Of a stretch of 32,015 bases of DNA, positions 31,732 through 32,015 are shown in pieces. This DNA comes from Candidatus Aenigmatarchaeota archaeon (GTDB taxonomy: Archaea; Aenigmatarchaeota; Aenigmatarchaeia; QMZP01). Positions within the stretch are counted from its first letter, which is position 1. Each line of letters opens with the position of its first letter. The notes beneath the pieces are model-generated. The model searched no databases. It was not told where the DNA came from and was given only the letters and a program-made list of their open reading frames with translations. The stretch is taken from contig CP070801.1 in the NCBI GenBank assembly GCA_020343575.1, positions 998,273 through 1,030,287 of the forward strand, read 5' to 3'. The translations under genes and the position numbers were made by a program.

Positions 31732-32015
31732 ATGACTCGCGTTATCTGTGTGGCTTCTGGTAAAGGCGGTGTTGGGAAAACGACCGTCGTTTCAAACCTC
31801 TCAGCTGCCCTCGCTGCCCTAGGGAAATCTGTCATTGCGATAGACGGGAACCTTACGACTTCGAATCTTGGTCTGCATCTGGGCATATCCATGTATCCAA
31901 TAACCCTGCAAGATGTTTTGAGGGGGAGGGCGAACATAAGGGATGCAGTATATCACCATCAAGATGGGTTTAAGGTTGTTCCTGCAGATGTTTCAATAGA
32001 CAAGGTAATGTCCCC
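31732..32015 (+). CDS. minD: Second MinD/ParA-family ATPase, 3'-truncated by the window edge.
   Basis: MTRVICVASGKGGVGKTTVVSNLSAALAALGKSVIAIDGNLTTSNLGLHLG... is clearly paralogous to the 7689-8435 product. Confidence 0.85.
   Translation, partial: MTRVICVASGKGGVGKTTVVSNLSAALAALGKSVIAIDGNLTTSNLGLHLGISMYPITLQDVLRGRANIRDAVYHHQDGFKVVPADVSIDKVMS

Noticed and set aside
31566-31937. 123-aa minus-strand ORF
   Set aside because: It overlaps the tRNA-Arg gene and runs antisense to the second minD-like gene, so it is spurious.

Overview
This is an archaeal chromosomal window that is AT-rich by eye. The archaeal call rests on Sec61-gamma/SecE, Spt5, ribosomal proteins L11, L1, P0 and P1, an archaeal-type AlaRS, and a tRNA with bulge-helix-bulge introns. 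I saw no rRNA, CRISPR array, transposase or integrase.

Housekeeping content:
- the secE-spt5-rpl11-(inserted gene)-rpl1-rplP0-rpl12 cluster
- alaS
- the archaeal HMG-CoA synthase / thiolase / DUF35 trio
- a GGPP-synthase-like prenyltransferase
- two MinD-like ATPases
- a KaiC-like ATPase followed by a CBS protein
- nitroreductase and HAD genes

The accessory part is dominated by cell-surface biology:
- A gene of at least 1909 codons, saturated with N-glycosylation sequons, runs off the left edge. A small paralog with a dense run of NET sequons (22 N-x-T in about 150 residues) sits directly upstream.
- A translationally coupled pair (19114-24785) encodes a protein with a class-III (pilin-type) signal and a 1266-aa extremely Cys-rich membrane protein with four repeated Cys modules.
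- A GT4 (AglH/MraY-like) / ATP-grasp / PIG-L glycan cluster is also present.

Other notable points:
- Two neighbouring enzymes (PIG-L, PHP) each carry one in-frame stop at a conserved residue, in the same GGGTGCTARG context.
- A tRNA-Arg(CCT) has two non-canonical introns, both with BHB motifs I could draw by hand.
- P0 has a poly-Lys tail and lacks the stalk C-terminal motif.
- L11 has a long EK/Ala-rich tail.

Functions of the surface proteins are inference only.
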